Of a DNA stretch of 64,000 nt, positions 14,517 through 28,400 are shown one piece after another; the stretch's first letter is position 1, and every line of letters starts with the position of its first letter. The stretch comes from Adineta vaga (Eukaryota > Animalia > Rotifera). The DNA lies in the NCBI GenBank assembly GCA_021613535.1, contig CP075494.1, positions 14,508,001 to 14,572,000 of the forward strand, given 5' to 3'. The translations under genes and the position numbers were made by a program. The notes under the pieces are model-generated. The model made no database searches. It saw only the letters and a list, made by a program, of their open reading frames with translations, and was not told the DNA's origin.

Positions 14517-16452
14517 ATGAATCAATCATTAACCACTGAAGATGATTTTGAATGTGTCAAAGTCGAGGTGAGAAGAACGTTCGAACCGACTTTACCGAAT
14601 TGGCATGAATTACGTCAGGTTCGAGTAGTGCGAGCTTGAAGATAGATTGATTAATTAATAATTATATGAATATTGTACATAACGCTACATATTTTTGTTT
14701 CATCTAGATTTCTGACTTGGATAACAGTTCTCCAAATCAAACAACTGTCAGTTTAATGAGATGCAAAAAACAAATCATACATCCTTTTCGTAATCTTTTA
14801 TGTTTAGTAAGTCATTGCAAAAATGTATTCTTTTCCATCGATAATATTTTCTGTTTTGTTTGTTCAGATTGGTTGGAGACCATTTGGTGCTGATAGTTCA
14901 AAACGTTCATCAATTTTAATGAAAATTTTTAATATTATTTATCCTATTTTCATTTTAATCTTATTATTATTTAATTATACATACGAAATTATTGTCTGTC
15001 AAGGAAAACTGAATGTTGTCACTGATACCAAAGTATTAAAAAAATTTCTTTCTCTTCGATCATAAAAAATTCATTATTTTATTAGACTACAACATCTACA
15101 ACAAGTACTTCTACATATTCTCCAAAAGAAAATCATACAATGTTAAATTGGAGTTCATTAATACCACCAAAACCGATTCATATTGTAAATGTCAGTAGTT
15201 TGTCTTCACCGGTTTGTGGTCATATATTTACTACGTATATTTTACCTGATATTTTACATATTGTTGCCTTTATTATTGGTTTTATGTATTTTCGTATTAC
15301 TGAAGGTGAACCTATGTATTCTCTTATGGAAAAAGTATGAAGAATGATAATAGAATGAACTTCTTCTTTTTTACTATAGTTTGATAAATAGGTATTTATT
15401 TGTGCTGATCAAAATATGCGTAAATTCAGTCCAAATCGAGTTATCCGACGTTTAAAGTATACATTTTTGGAAAAAATCTCACTTCGCATACCTTTTTTTC
15501 TTTCTCTAATTAGATTATTCTTGTTGATTGGAAGTATTTGGGTACTTGCATCTGTTGCTACACATGCACTTTCGAATGCCATGAATGATTTTGCTCATCC
15601 ATTGATATTCAATCGACAAGTTCAACAGCAAAGGTTTCGTTATTAGTTTCTTTTACATGAGTAAAATATCGTTTAATCTATTTGTAGAACTTCGGTCAAA
15701 TACAGTCTGTTTATTCTTGATATTTTCTGTCTACTGGTTTCGAATTGTATTCATTTGGCAATTGTGATGAATTTTGTTTCGCATTGTGAATTGGTTGTAT
15801 TCTATTGTAAAGCGATTCGAACACGACTAGAAGAAAAATCGATACATCTTCTAGAAGCAATGAAACAAATCTTAGATCTTGGCTCTTCTATCAGTCAATT
15901 GAATGGTTCAGCTTCTCGAATGATGTCAATATTAATTGTTTATTTCCTCGAACGTACAATCTTAGGTAAAAAGTCTCCTTCAAACATCTATAAATTTTCA
16001 AAATAAATATCACTATAATGTTCTTCTAGGTCTCATTCTATTGATGCTCAATCAAATAAATAAACCATTGATGTATGTTTATCGAGGTCTTTATCCAATA
16101 GTATGGTTCTCTATTCTCATATTCTGTCTTGCACAAGTAAAGCTTATTCGATTTGTTGTACAATAGATGTATTATCGTTTGATTTTATTCTTAGGCAGCA
16201 CGAGTAACTTCGAAATGTGATAAATTTCATCGAATTAGTCTTTCCATGCGTGTCTATGGTTATCGCGCAGCAACTTCCAATGATCTTGATGGTTTTCTAC
16301 TCTTTCTCGCACAAGCTGAATTACGTTCGAAACTATTTGGATTAACTGTTCGACCCGGTAAAATTATTTCTATCATGGTTATAACTATTGTGTTATGTGT
16401 TATTCTCTTACAAACCAATATTATTAATACAACGAATTTTTTCTTCCAATAA
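14517..16452 (+). CDS. Gustatory-receptor-like (GRL / 7TM ion-channel superfamily) multipass membrane protein; about 9 exons
   Basis: Spliced exons give ..HPFRNLLCLIGWRPF.., multiple TM helices and a C-terminal LDGFLLFLAQAELRSKLFGLTV..IVLCVILLQT resembling the Gr/GRL TM7 region. Confidence 0.65.
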
Positions 16453-16554
16453 ATATATTGTTTTTCTTTAAATAACAAAAAACTATTCATATACACTTTC
16501 TATCTGTTAGGTTTTCTTTTTTCACATGATTTCGAGAAACGAGGCGAGGGTTTA

Positions 16555-17942
16555 TTAGCAAATGAACGAACAGAGATGATGTCGTTTAGTATTATTGATC
16601 GTTCTTGAATCTATATCATCATAAATAATTATTGATTTTGATCTTTCATTGATATATCTTGGAAGAAATCTTTCGATATAAAGACGTTGAGTAATTTCCG
16701 TTGCTACATAATCTGAACTATTTTCTTTAATTAATGATAGAATAAAGAAACCATCCGATTCAAGATAATCATTTGTAAATGCTCGAATTTTTGTTGGATC
16801 TTTGATATCACGTGTGGATGAATGCTTTTTTGTATGAAGACGTTTGCGAATAAAATCAAAACGATTTTGTTCAGTAATTGCATATAACCAATGGAAGAAA
16901 TCAAATATATTCAATGAAATAACCAGTACGTACCAAAAATAAAGTAAGGTAAACATTTGTTGATTGAATAGATTCAATGGTAGAACACAGGGTACTGTAT
17001 ATTCATGAGAAAGTTTTGGATGACCAAATTCTCGAATTGTAAAATCACATAGAGTTGTTTTGGGAAATAAATGTGATTCTGTATCCCAATGAATACCTAA
17101 ATATAGGAGATAAATTTCAAGTTTAGGTACGATAAAATTGTCATACCTCGAAAAAACCGATCTACAACTTGGATACCATAAAATGCAAAATTTGAACCTA
17201 ATATTAATCCTAACAGATATATTTGAAATAATGATACGCCTATATACATTAGTTTTGTTGTTAAATATAGAACAACAAGATAATTGCCAAGATATTTTCC
17301 TGTCAAACACCAACCACTTGTAAAACATTGGTGTAATACATTCAAATGAGTACGTGTATGATGTTGTCGACGATGATCATTACAATATTCATCAATAGTA
17401 TCAATAATATGATTGAAGCACGTTTTACGATGTTTTGAATCTGTTGTAGGTTGCTTACAATCATAAGATAATTCAATTAAATCACGTAGTTGTATGCCAC
17501 TTTTTAATCCTAATGTATTCCATGATAGACGTGGTATATAGAAAAGAAATGCTTTTACTAATAGAACAAATGGAATCCATTGATAATACATTATTTCACT
17601 TTTTCTTTTTAGAAGAGATGATTTAGGTATTTTATCGGTATGTTCAACATGGTAAGTATTCTGAACGAAACATATCGATCGAACATATTCATCATAGTTC
17701 GGTGTGAAAAATGCTGGAACCTAAGAAAGATTAGGCAAATCGTGCTGATTTACGATAACAAAGAAAGAAAACCTTACCCAACATTTGATCTGATCAGTGT
17801 AAAGACGATTCATATTAAGAATCGCAAAAGCAACTAAAATCGCTACTGTATATTGGTAATTAAGTCGATCCGATATGACATCATCATTACGTTTACCCAA
17901 CATCATAGTCGAAGCTCGACCCATAAGAGAGTGAAAATCCAT
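16555..17942 (-). CDS. Innexin (gap junction/pannexin family); 3 exons
   Basis: Motifs DDVISDRLNY, IKCWVPAFF..YVRSICFVQNTY, YYQWIPF, FPKTTLCDF, CVLPLNLFNQQMF..YFW and DGFFIL. Introns at 17777-17721 and 17146-17097 explain the apparent frame change. Confidence 0.95.
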
Positions 17943-19545
17943 TTTTTGAATGTTTTCAATAAAATTACAATACAGTCAAATGGAGTTTTTGCTTGTATGT
18001 TTCTGGCGATGATGTATATTAGAATGCAGACAACTAGTAACTTGCTGTCTGTACTAATCGATCATGCTACATAAACGATAGACTATTGCCTATCTCTGTA
18101 TATATCTCTCTAGAAAAGCCATCAGTATTATGTTAGTCTATCTATTCTATCGCCTAAGAGAAAACATCAATTACTTTTTTTTTCTTTCATATACTTGTGA
18201 GATGATATAATGAGAACGAGAAAGTGGCAAATATAACAATTCTTCTCGATGTATGTATAAGGAGAGTGATGCTTAATTTTCGTATCTATCATATAACTAA
18301 TCTAGAACGTTACAAGAATGATATATAACGATAGATTAACTCCAACTTTTCTTTCTTTCTTTCTCTCTCTCTATCTCAACAGATGGAAGTAAATATCACT
18401 ACCTATTGCCTCGTAGCTTCCCCGGTTATGTAGACGAGCACGATGGACGTAACAATCATGTAAAGGCAAGTGTATGACATATCATCTGTTAGTAATCATT
18501 GATATATTTAAGCTACATTCTATCGGATACGAGCGTATCTGTGCATGCAATCATAGCCGTATCAATATCAATATCATATTTGAAAAAAAATCAATCTTAT
18601 CCATTCTATTTTATTTTTTCTATTTGTGCAGTATTTGTCAAAGTCAAATAGTAATCTAATTCACAAGATCTTGATTTGCTATATTCGAAAAGAGTTGTTT
18701 AGTAAGACAATTGTAAGATTACAAGGCATTCTAGCATACCCTTATCATCCGTTAGTATGCATTATCGATGGTTAATGAACTACTATCATTCGAATTTATA
18801 TCTCTCATCTTCAGATCCCTGTACAACTGATGGTGTTGTTGCTGTCAGCTATTACATTAACCGATATACCGTTGTGAATTGATTCATTTTGTTCTTGATC
18901 CTATATGAAATTTAACATTGTACAACATCTTTCATTGTTTTCTGAAATATACAAGTATTGGTTTTATTGAAAGAAAACTCCTACTACCTGAACTATTCGT
19001 ATCATTTTGATTTCTCTTCTTCAGTTCAGAAAGCTAATTTTTCAAGCCAATTACGATTAAATGACTTTTTCTTGTATTTATTAAACAAAGACTAAACGAA
19101 AGAACGAAACTGCTTATTCAACGACCACTGATACAAATATAACAATATCACTAATATACGATTGCATTCGTATTGTTTATTTTCAGTAATAAATAATTTT
19201 GTTAATCATATTCTTTGTAGTAATGAAATTACAAATACTGAAACATCGTAGAGCAGATCAAATCATCTTTACAAAGCTGGAAGTTCAACTAACACAGTTA
19301 TGATTCTAAATACTACGAAGAATTCTTGAAGTTTGCACACAAAAATGATCAGATCTATTTATTACATTAAAATTATAGTTATTCATTCTCATTTGTTCCC
19401 GTGTGTTAAACAGAAGAAAAAAAAACATAGTTTTAATTTAAATGAATACAAGAATAAGGTCACAACAGACAACGAAAACACAAAGTGAGAGTATAATGTG
19501 TAAATTAGATACTGAATCTCACTGACATGTATAGTTAGTTAATAG

Positions 19546-22500
19546 CTAAGTACGACGTTTCAATGAGCTAGAATCAAATGTAATAAGAACAGGACTAGGT
19601 TGAACTGTACGTGAATAATGAGAAACAGGTAATGTTGGCTCAAAACTATATCGATTTGCTAAATCGAGTTCGTTCATTTCTGGAACAGCTTCAAGAGGAA
19701 GACGAGAAGCATTTTTGCGAGTATCTGTATCGACGTATGGTATAGGCGAAATGTTTCCAGATGAAATTGATTTGTTTTCATCAGCAGTTGTAAATGTAAG
19801 ATTAGATGTGACAATCGCATGTGGATTATCAATAGATTGAAAACCACGTGTTAATTGTGATGTAGCAATTGGATTAGAGATGACAGAATCACGACAACGT
19901 GGAACAGTTGCCACTTTAGCCATATATATTGTTGAATCAGTGTAAGAATCTTGTGGAGATGGTGGTCGAAGGCAAGATGGATTTGTTTGAGGTAGGATTC
20001 GGTTTTGAGGCATATATAATGGTGTTGTAGCCAGATCATTTGTTTTCAAAAGATTTGCATGATATCGATCAATTTTCAAATGAGAACAATCACCCAATCT
20101 ATATGAAACGCAATGAAATATTTTTTTTCGATTCAAAACGATTTATCTACGTACTTGTATCGACTAGAAGGAAAACGCCACCATTTCCATTTTTTATCTG
20201 AGAAAAAAAACAAACAAACGAATTTCACAAACTAGTTAGATCCATTTATCAATATTATCGTTTTCCTTACCACATTCAATATCTGTACAGTATGTTCGTC
20301 GATAATGATGATATTTGAATATACAAAATACACATACACATATTGATCCAATAGTTAATAAAATGAGAATACAAAGTAATAGAATTAATACTCGACTTGA
20401 TCCACTATAAGCAAGAATAGCATTGAATTCTAAAGAAAATAAAAGTATATTTTCATGGGAATAAAGTGAAAAAATCAAGACGTACGAATATCAATTTGTG
20501 ATTGAACAGGAAAACTATATGTACCAATATCTGAATAGGAAAAAACTTGTACAATATATTTCGTTTGTTTAACATCTTTGATCAGGTACGACCGGATTGG
20601 ATAATTAACAACAATAAATTGTTGTGATTGTCGATTATTAAAAAGAATTGTTGAACGCCATTGTATAACATAAGAAACAATATTTGTTGTTGATTCCATC
20701 GTAGTTGGATGATCCCACGTTATATAAAGATTTGATCTTGATTGAGATAAACGAAGATTTTTTGGTGATGTTGGACGAGAAAGATTTACTTGTTGTGGAT
20801 GATGTAAATAATCAATAGATACATTTTCAGTAGTATTTAATTCAATTGTTCTAATTGAAGTAAATGTACCGAGACCTAAATCATTTTCTGCAACAATTGT
20901 TATTTCATACATTTGTTGTAATTTTAAATCGAATAATGTAAATTCAGTTGTATTAGTAGGTAAGACACGAATTTGATGCCAATCTCTTTTCTTTCCATGT
21001 AATAGTCGATACCAAATTATAAAATATTGAGATCGTCCACCATCATAACCAGGTTCCCAAGAAATAATAAGATCAGATCCTAATTGTTTGTATTGAACAT
21101 TATGAGGTGCTTGTGGTGTCGTATCTAATAAATCATAATCAAATATTTTAATTGATAACTAGTCAAATATTTCAACTCACTTTCAACTATGAGCAATGTC
21201 GTGATGTTTGTAGTTGTATGTTCATTTGATGCTTGACATACATACAATCCATAATCTGTTTTATCAATTGATTCTAATGTTAAATTACCAGTAACTTCTT
21301 TTAATTCATTAGAATCCTAAAAATATTAATGAAAATAATTACTTAGATGATAAATAAGAGAATTGAATCTTACTTTAAACCATTTAATCATTGGTTGTGG
21401 ACTTCCAAAAGCAACACATGGTATTACTAATGGATCTCGTTCATTGATACGATAGATAGATTTTGGTTTTAGAAGAAATTTAATTGGTTCTAAAATAAAT
21501 ATTCATCCATGAAATATTTATGTCAATAACAATGAAGTCAAACCTTTTGTTTCTACAAAGAATGATAGACTATCACGTCCAAATCCTTCTGAATTTTGTG
21601 CTCGACAAAAATATTGACCATCATCAATACTATCCACAGATTTTATCACTAGACTATAATCTGAACTGATCGAATATGCACCATCTAATTAGAAAATATA
21701 CAATAAGAATTTCGATTTCAAACTATCTTTCTATTCATTACTTTTCGATTCAATACGTATCGATATACCATTTCGATACCAAGCGACAGATTGAATCGGT
21801 GGATATGCATTTAATAAACATGGACAGATACCAATTGAACCACGAATTAATGTGAGATTTTTTATCTGACGATTTCTTGTCGGCATTGGTGGATCTATAA
21901 ATTGAATATGAATCATTTATTTTATAGAATATTCAAGGAACTTACATTTAACTATAATTATTGCTGGTTTACTTCGAACATTGATTGTTTTCGATGCACT
22001 AATTATACATACATATGATCCATGATCCGAAGGTTCAATTCTTTGAATATTCAGCACACCGTCACTATATGTTCGTATACGATCTTGTGATGCAATTATA
22101 TCCGATATGGGAAGATCATCTTTCAACCTAATATATACAAAAAAATATATACATCGTTTGATAGGTGTTGTTATCTGATATTACAATCATACCAATAATA
22201 TTGTAATGGTTCACTACTTTCACCCTCACATTTTAAAATTAAACTTTCATTGATTTTAACTGTTTGACTTTGAGGAAATTGTCGCCAATAGATTGAACCT
22301 GTTTTTCAATTGAATAAAATAAATAAAAAGAATGTTATCTCTCTCTCTCCCTCTCGTTTCTTACCACGTATAAGAAGTTGAAAATCGTGTTGTATTATTC
22401 CCAATCGATTTTCTCCCATACATCGATAATGTCCAACCATTCGATCATCAACATTTTGAAGAGTCAATCTTTATATTAAAAGAATCAAGTCATATCGAAT

Positions 22501-23232
22501 AACAAATAACAAAAATACATACTGTTGAGTATTGTTTGAAATTAATTCTAAATCATCCTTTCCATTTATTTGTTTATTTCTCTCTAAAATCTTGTACCAT
22601 GTTACTATTGGAACTGGTACTCCATATATTTGACAAAGAAAATTAACTGTTGTATAATATGGAGCAATTTGTAATGGATTGGATAAATTGAGAAAACGTG
22701 GTTTCTCTAAAATTAAATGTTTATTATTGTACGATAAAAGAAATAAAGAATATTGAATAGAGAAAAAAACTTACCATTAACACGAAATATAATAAAATAT
22801 TTATCTTTAATATCAAGTAGACCACGATCAATTAAAATCAAACGACATTCAAATGTATCATTATCATTTAATTGTACATTATCGATATTTAATGAACCAT
22901 TTGATAGAAGAGTATATTTATGATGATAGAAGTCATCAATATGTACAGGATAATCATCAAATTGACTAGCAATTGGTTTAGTATAATTATTGTCTGATCG
23001 ATACCATTGAAGTATCGTTGGAAATGTCCATTTTGTTCGATCTATTGGACAAGGAATAATAACATTGATATCACCTATTTCACTATCGATGATTATTGAT
23101 GATGATGATGCTGTAAGAGATGGAATCACATACACTATAGAAATTGAATGAATTAATTCTTTTAAAAGACAATAGATTCTTACCAAAATAAAAAGTTAAA
23201 AAAATGTTGTTGATTGTTAGTAGAATCGACAT
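19546..23232 (-). CDS. Turtle/IGSF9-like cell adhesion molecule (signal peptide, 5 Ig, 2 FN3, TM, cytoplasmic tail)
   Basis: Five Cys-paired Ig domains (e.g. CPID..WY..DNDTFEC, DHGSYVC, DGQYFC, DYGLYVC), two FN3 repeats (ISWEPGYDGGRSQYF; ITWDHP..YVIQW), a TM segment LILLLCILILLTIGSICVCVFCI, and consistent short GT-AG introns. Confidence 0.8.
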
Positions 23233-25466
23233 AGAGTAATGACATAATTTAATCAAATGAACATTTCAATCACATTATTAAATCTAAAAATATACGTTCA
23301 GGTTTCATTACATCTATATGATTGATATATCTTGATTAGAATGACAACGAATGTATAATGTATATGTGAGATTCGATTTTTAAAATAAAGTTCAAACGAA
23401 ATCATATCAAATGAAAGAGAAAAAGAATATATAACACGGACAGACAAGACATATGCAATAAAGAAAAATGAAAGTGTTCTTATTGAAATTGAAACAAATT
23501 CTTTGATAAAAAATAGCAGACAACTACTTGTACATGCATATACAATTCATTCGATGACATTCAAAAGTGTGTGCTCGACTTCTGTTCATTCTTTCTCTAA
23601 CTAACAGCAACAACGTTATTTTTATTCTTCGAAATATGAAGAGTTCTCATCTTATTATTTCACTCATACCCACTCAGACTTATAACTGAACATCGAAATA
23701 AGATGTATCATCTATTGAGAAGAAGAAGAAGAAGAAGAAGAAAGAAAAGAATGACTTTATAACGTATTATATCAAAAGGTTCCGATAGCCTTGGTAAAAG
23801 AATAAGATAACGATCTTATTTTCTTGCTGATTAACAATAGCTAGAGCAGAGGTCAACAAAAAGAAATAATCATACGGCGAACGAGAACGAGTGTTTTACA
23901 TCAATCATATATGTTTAGAGTTACACCATCAGAATGATGACGATGATGTTCATTTATTCAATAATGTAACCACTTACTTATTCTCTAACAAAGAAAAGAG
24001 AAAATTACAAACTAATTCAGTTTAGAAGCGCTATGAGCATGGCAACATATATATATATAAAATACACACATACATCCACACAGATTAAATTGAAAGTAAG
24101 TTAGATGAAGCATACAATTCATATACTTTATATGTCGAAACAAGAATAATTGTCCTGTCAACTTGCTATCGAAGTGGAAGAGGAAAAAGACAGGCAGATG
24201 GACAGACACACTAATTATGTATTGTTAACGGAAGATATATGTAACTAAACACACTAGAAAGAGAAGATCACGTCACGCTATATGAACATTTAGAGATGAA
24301 ACAAAAGGTCTTTTTTTTACCAATTTATACTTTTACATGAAATAATGATAAATAGACAATCGATTATTCAATTACTCAGCAGAGTCTTTCTCTAATATAT
24401 CCATCAGAAATATGAACACAATAACGAGAATAATGGACAATAAGTCAAATAACATGTCTCTACTTTCTTTTCTCGCACATATGCATACAAAATTGTACAT
24501 ATTGATATGATTACATAGTCTCACGAATATCAGCCGGAAGGAAAAAGCTTGTAACAGCTCTGTTCAAACATCATTGTGAATGAACATCATCAACCAAAGA
24601 CAATAAATATACAACATAGCATCAATAATTCTCCAGGTTTATACATGTATATGCCATTAGAGAAGAAGAAAATGACCAGTGAGAGCGCGCAACAGAGAAA
24701 GTGTATATGGCGAGGTCAGCGAAAAAAGATAACATCATAGATTCTTTTCTATATGCCAATCAATCGATCTCCTACAGTAGTATGTCCTTCTCGGGTTTTT
24801 TTTTGTCTTCTCTTTTTGATCTTTTTTTGACATTATCTCTACATTCGATACCTTTTCAACGGGTAATATAATCATGATTCTTCACACAAAAAAAAAGAAA
24901 CTAATCAGATATCACTCGACAAAGAATCCACTCAATGTCCAATAGTCATTCAAAAGAATAGAAAGTCTTATCAATTTCTCTTGCTCTTTTATTCACATTG
25001 AAACACTTTTATAAAAGATAAAATGTAATAAAAATAATAACTACTCACTTGAATTAAACATAAACACATCTCGCTTGTTTCTCCTTGTTTTTCTATTCTC
25101 TTTCTTCATATCGAACAGGAAATTCATGAAACAATGCCTATCCTTATTCTATTCTGTTGGGTGAAGAGAAGAGCCAATGTTCGCATTTGACCATAGGCTA
25201 TTATAGAACGCGAAAAAGTGAAAACGCCATCTTCAAACGAAACGAACCAAATGTCCGTCAAGAAGTGAACAACACATTTTATTCCATAACGATTCATTTG
25301 TCTCGTTCATCTATATTTCACTTGACATATGTGTGCATAGATCATTTCTAGTTGGAAAGATTTGTTATATTAAAAACAAAATTCATCAGATGTATTCATA
25401 TGAAAAATGTGATTCCATCTCAATCATTTTTTTTTTGTAAAAATATATATCATTACAAAAGAGGTA

Positions 25467-28400
25467 TCATATTGATCTTTTTGTTTTCTTATCTTCGACA
25501 ACATGTCGAGCATAATCATATGTTGCAGCATGTTCAAAAGCTGTACATCGTTCTGTAAATTCTGGATCAATTGGTATCATTTCTATAAAAAAAAAAGAAC
25601 ACATCATCTTTATATCGTATATAAAAGATTTATATTATTGTTTTAAAACTTACTGAAAATACCAGATACATGATACTTGTCTTTTTCAATTTGACTTTTA
25701 TCTTTACAGCTTTGTTTCAATGTATACCATATCAATCGTAAAATAATGCCAATATAACAGATTATGATAAGAGGTGGAACAGGTATGATTGGTTTTTCGA
25801 AATACTCTTGTGTTATTGAATATCGTTGATAATAATAGAAATACTTCGAATTTGTTTCGACTTTGCTAATTGTTGTTCTAAAGGAAACAAAAGAAAGAAT
25901 TATTGTAGTTGGCAATTTAAACCATCATGGAAGTCTTAGAATTCTGTATATCTATTGTTCAATATGGATTCATATGTTGTTCTAGTGATATCGAAGGATA
26001 GTTTCATATTCTCTATACATACGCAAAGGCAGCGATAAGTAAATTGAGTAGAAGAATATTGAACAAGATCATATGAAATGCAAGTAATACATGAGTTACA
26101 GCAACTTCAGCATGTAAACCGGTACTACTATTACTAGCAGTCAAATCTGAAGGTAACAAAAAATAAATTGAAGTTCAATGAATATGTAAAAACTCAAACT
26201 ATCGATTGTTTCTCTTTCATCATCCGAATCCGCATATAAAAGCCAATAAGGTGCATGAAAAATATTTGCAAAAATACTATGTATAGTAAATTCCATTTTG
26301 CTTTGATTAATCATAGTTCGTGATACAACTCCATAAGCTGCAATACATATCAATACTACATATAAAAAACCCATTAGATCACGAAGCTATAAAATCAAAG
26401 AATTGTATTGAACCTATTGTGTATCGATTAACATGATTTTCTCTAATAGACTCACCATATTTCTCACCATGAATACTTTTGGACTAAGAATTTTGATAAT
26501 AGTAATAAATTTAAGAGACGATAAATACCAAAGTTCGAGATCGAGTGCTAAGATAATTCTACAAATTTTAATGATCTTATTATGAAATTAATCTTTTACT
26601 CTTTCTACCTGGCTGTTGTAAATAGTGAAGGTACACGTTGAGATCCATACCAAAGACCCATTCCTAGGAAGAATAAACTGAATGGAATTAATTTAAGGGC
26701 TTCAGTCAAAATTCGTAATATGAATAAACGTTGTCGACTTTCATGCATATATGTTATATGATAAAATATACTCTAGAATAGAATATCTTGTATATATGTA
26801 TATTCAAAAGATTTTTCTTACATACTCTTCGAATATATTCAATTAACATTGTAGAGATAGTCACTACCGTATAAATTTCTGTCCAATGATATTCATGTTT
26901 TTTATTCTTAATTGGAGGTACTAACTTAAATAGTACCATGTAACTGAATACTAGTAAAAGCCAAATATAAGCGATCTATAATGAAAATTAAATATCAAAT
27001 GTACGAAGAAGATTATCTTTGAATACTAACGAAATGATAGCCCATTTTTGTCATAGGACATTCATGAAAATCTTTGATTTTCTTTAAATATATTTGCCAT
27101 TTAAAACTACATGAATCATTATATTTCGTATAGTAATTAACACCTGCATTTGACAATTGACAACTAGAAAACAATGTCATTATGTATTGAAATGTGAAGT
27201 ATAATGAGTATTAATACCTAAGAAAGATCTTGTTGGTTATTGAATCGTTTTCGGATGATGTTTTTTGTTTTTTGCACTTGAAAAAAAAAACACATAACAT
27301 GACATGTAACTTTATCCGAATAACTACTTGATCGAAATAATCTTGTTGATGATCCGATGGTTTATGTATTCCAATAATTTCTGCCGAATAATAAGATATA
27401 AAACAAGGAGCAAGTAATCCAAGTGTAAAAAACGAGATGATAAATTTCAAAATCCAGAAAAATGAATTATCAGTACAGGAAATTTTATTGTACCAAATAC
27501 GCTTGAGTACTTGACTAAAACAGTCAGTATTGATAAAAAGTTTATTTTGTGATGAAATAGCCATCTAGAAATTCAAAATTGATTCCGAAGAATATAATCA
27601 AATATAAAAATTACCTGCATACAAGTTATTTTACCATATAATGGTTGTTCACGAATTAATAATTCACATGCTTTTTGTTCATTTTTCGAATAACAAATAT
27701 TTATACAATCGATAGCATAATTTTCAAAATCTTGTGCTTGTTGTTTATAGAAATGCCGGCGATCATTTGTTGCTGCTCTATTTGCTCGATGTTTCAAAAT
27801 TGCTGCACATGAAAGTGCAGCACATATACGAGTTCGAATATGTAAAATTAATACTTTTGCCATATCCATACGATCCGTAAATATTGACCAATACAAAAGA
27901 TCGCGTAACATCGCTTGTATTGATTCTTCAGCCAAGGTGCCATCTCGAATTTTTTCTTCAGTTAATCGTGGAATATGAACAACTGGAGATGTTTGTATAA
28001 TTTTTGCTAGTGTGCTGTAAGTAGATGTAGATTTGTTTCGATTTTGATTGAAAAAACGACATTTGCAACAGAAGAAATATTTGCCAAATTGATTAAATAT
28101 GGAGCAACATTCTTTCAACGATATTGTGAATGAACCAGAAGAATTTGTAAATATTGGCCACATAAAACTACCAATCCAACTGCTATATAATATATCTAAT
28201 TCAGTTCCTGATTGTGGTTTAATGAGTTGTAATTCACGTTTAAGAACTGAATCCTGTGAAAATCATAAAGAGTCGTTTTCAATCATCTTAATAATATTTA
28301 AGGAAAAAGGATTAATATGAAAATATTGATTAGTTGTTTTATTTCAAATGGTTAAACTAACTTGTATATTTGAGTGAAATGGTTTCTTGTATAATTCAAA

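Noticed and set aside
17097-17146. Apparent frameshift between the two innexin ORFs
   Set aside because: Explained by a canonical 50-nt GTATGA..TTTAG intron.
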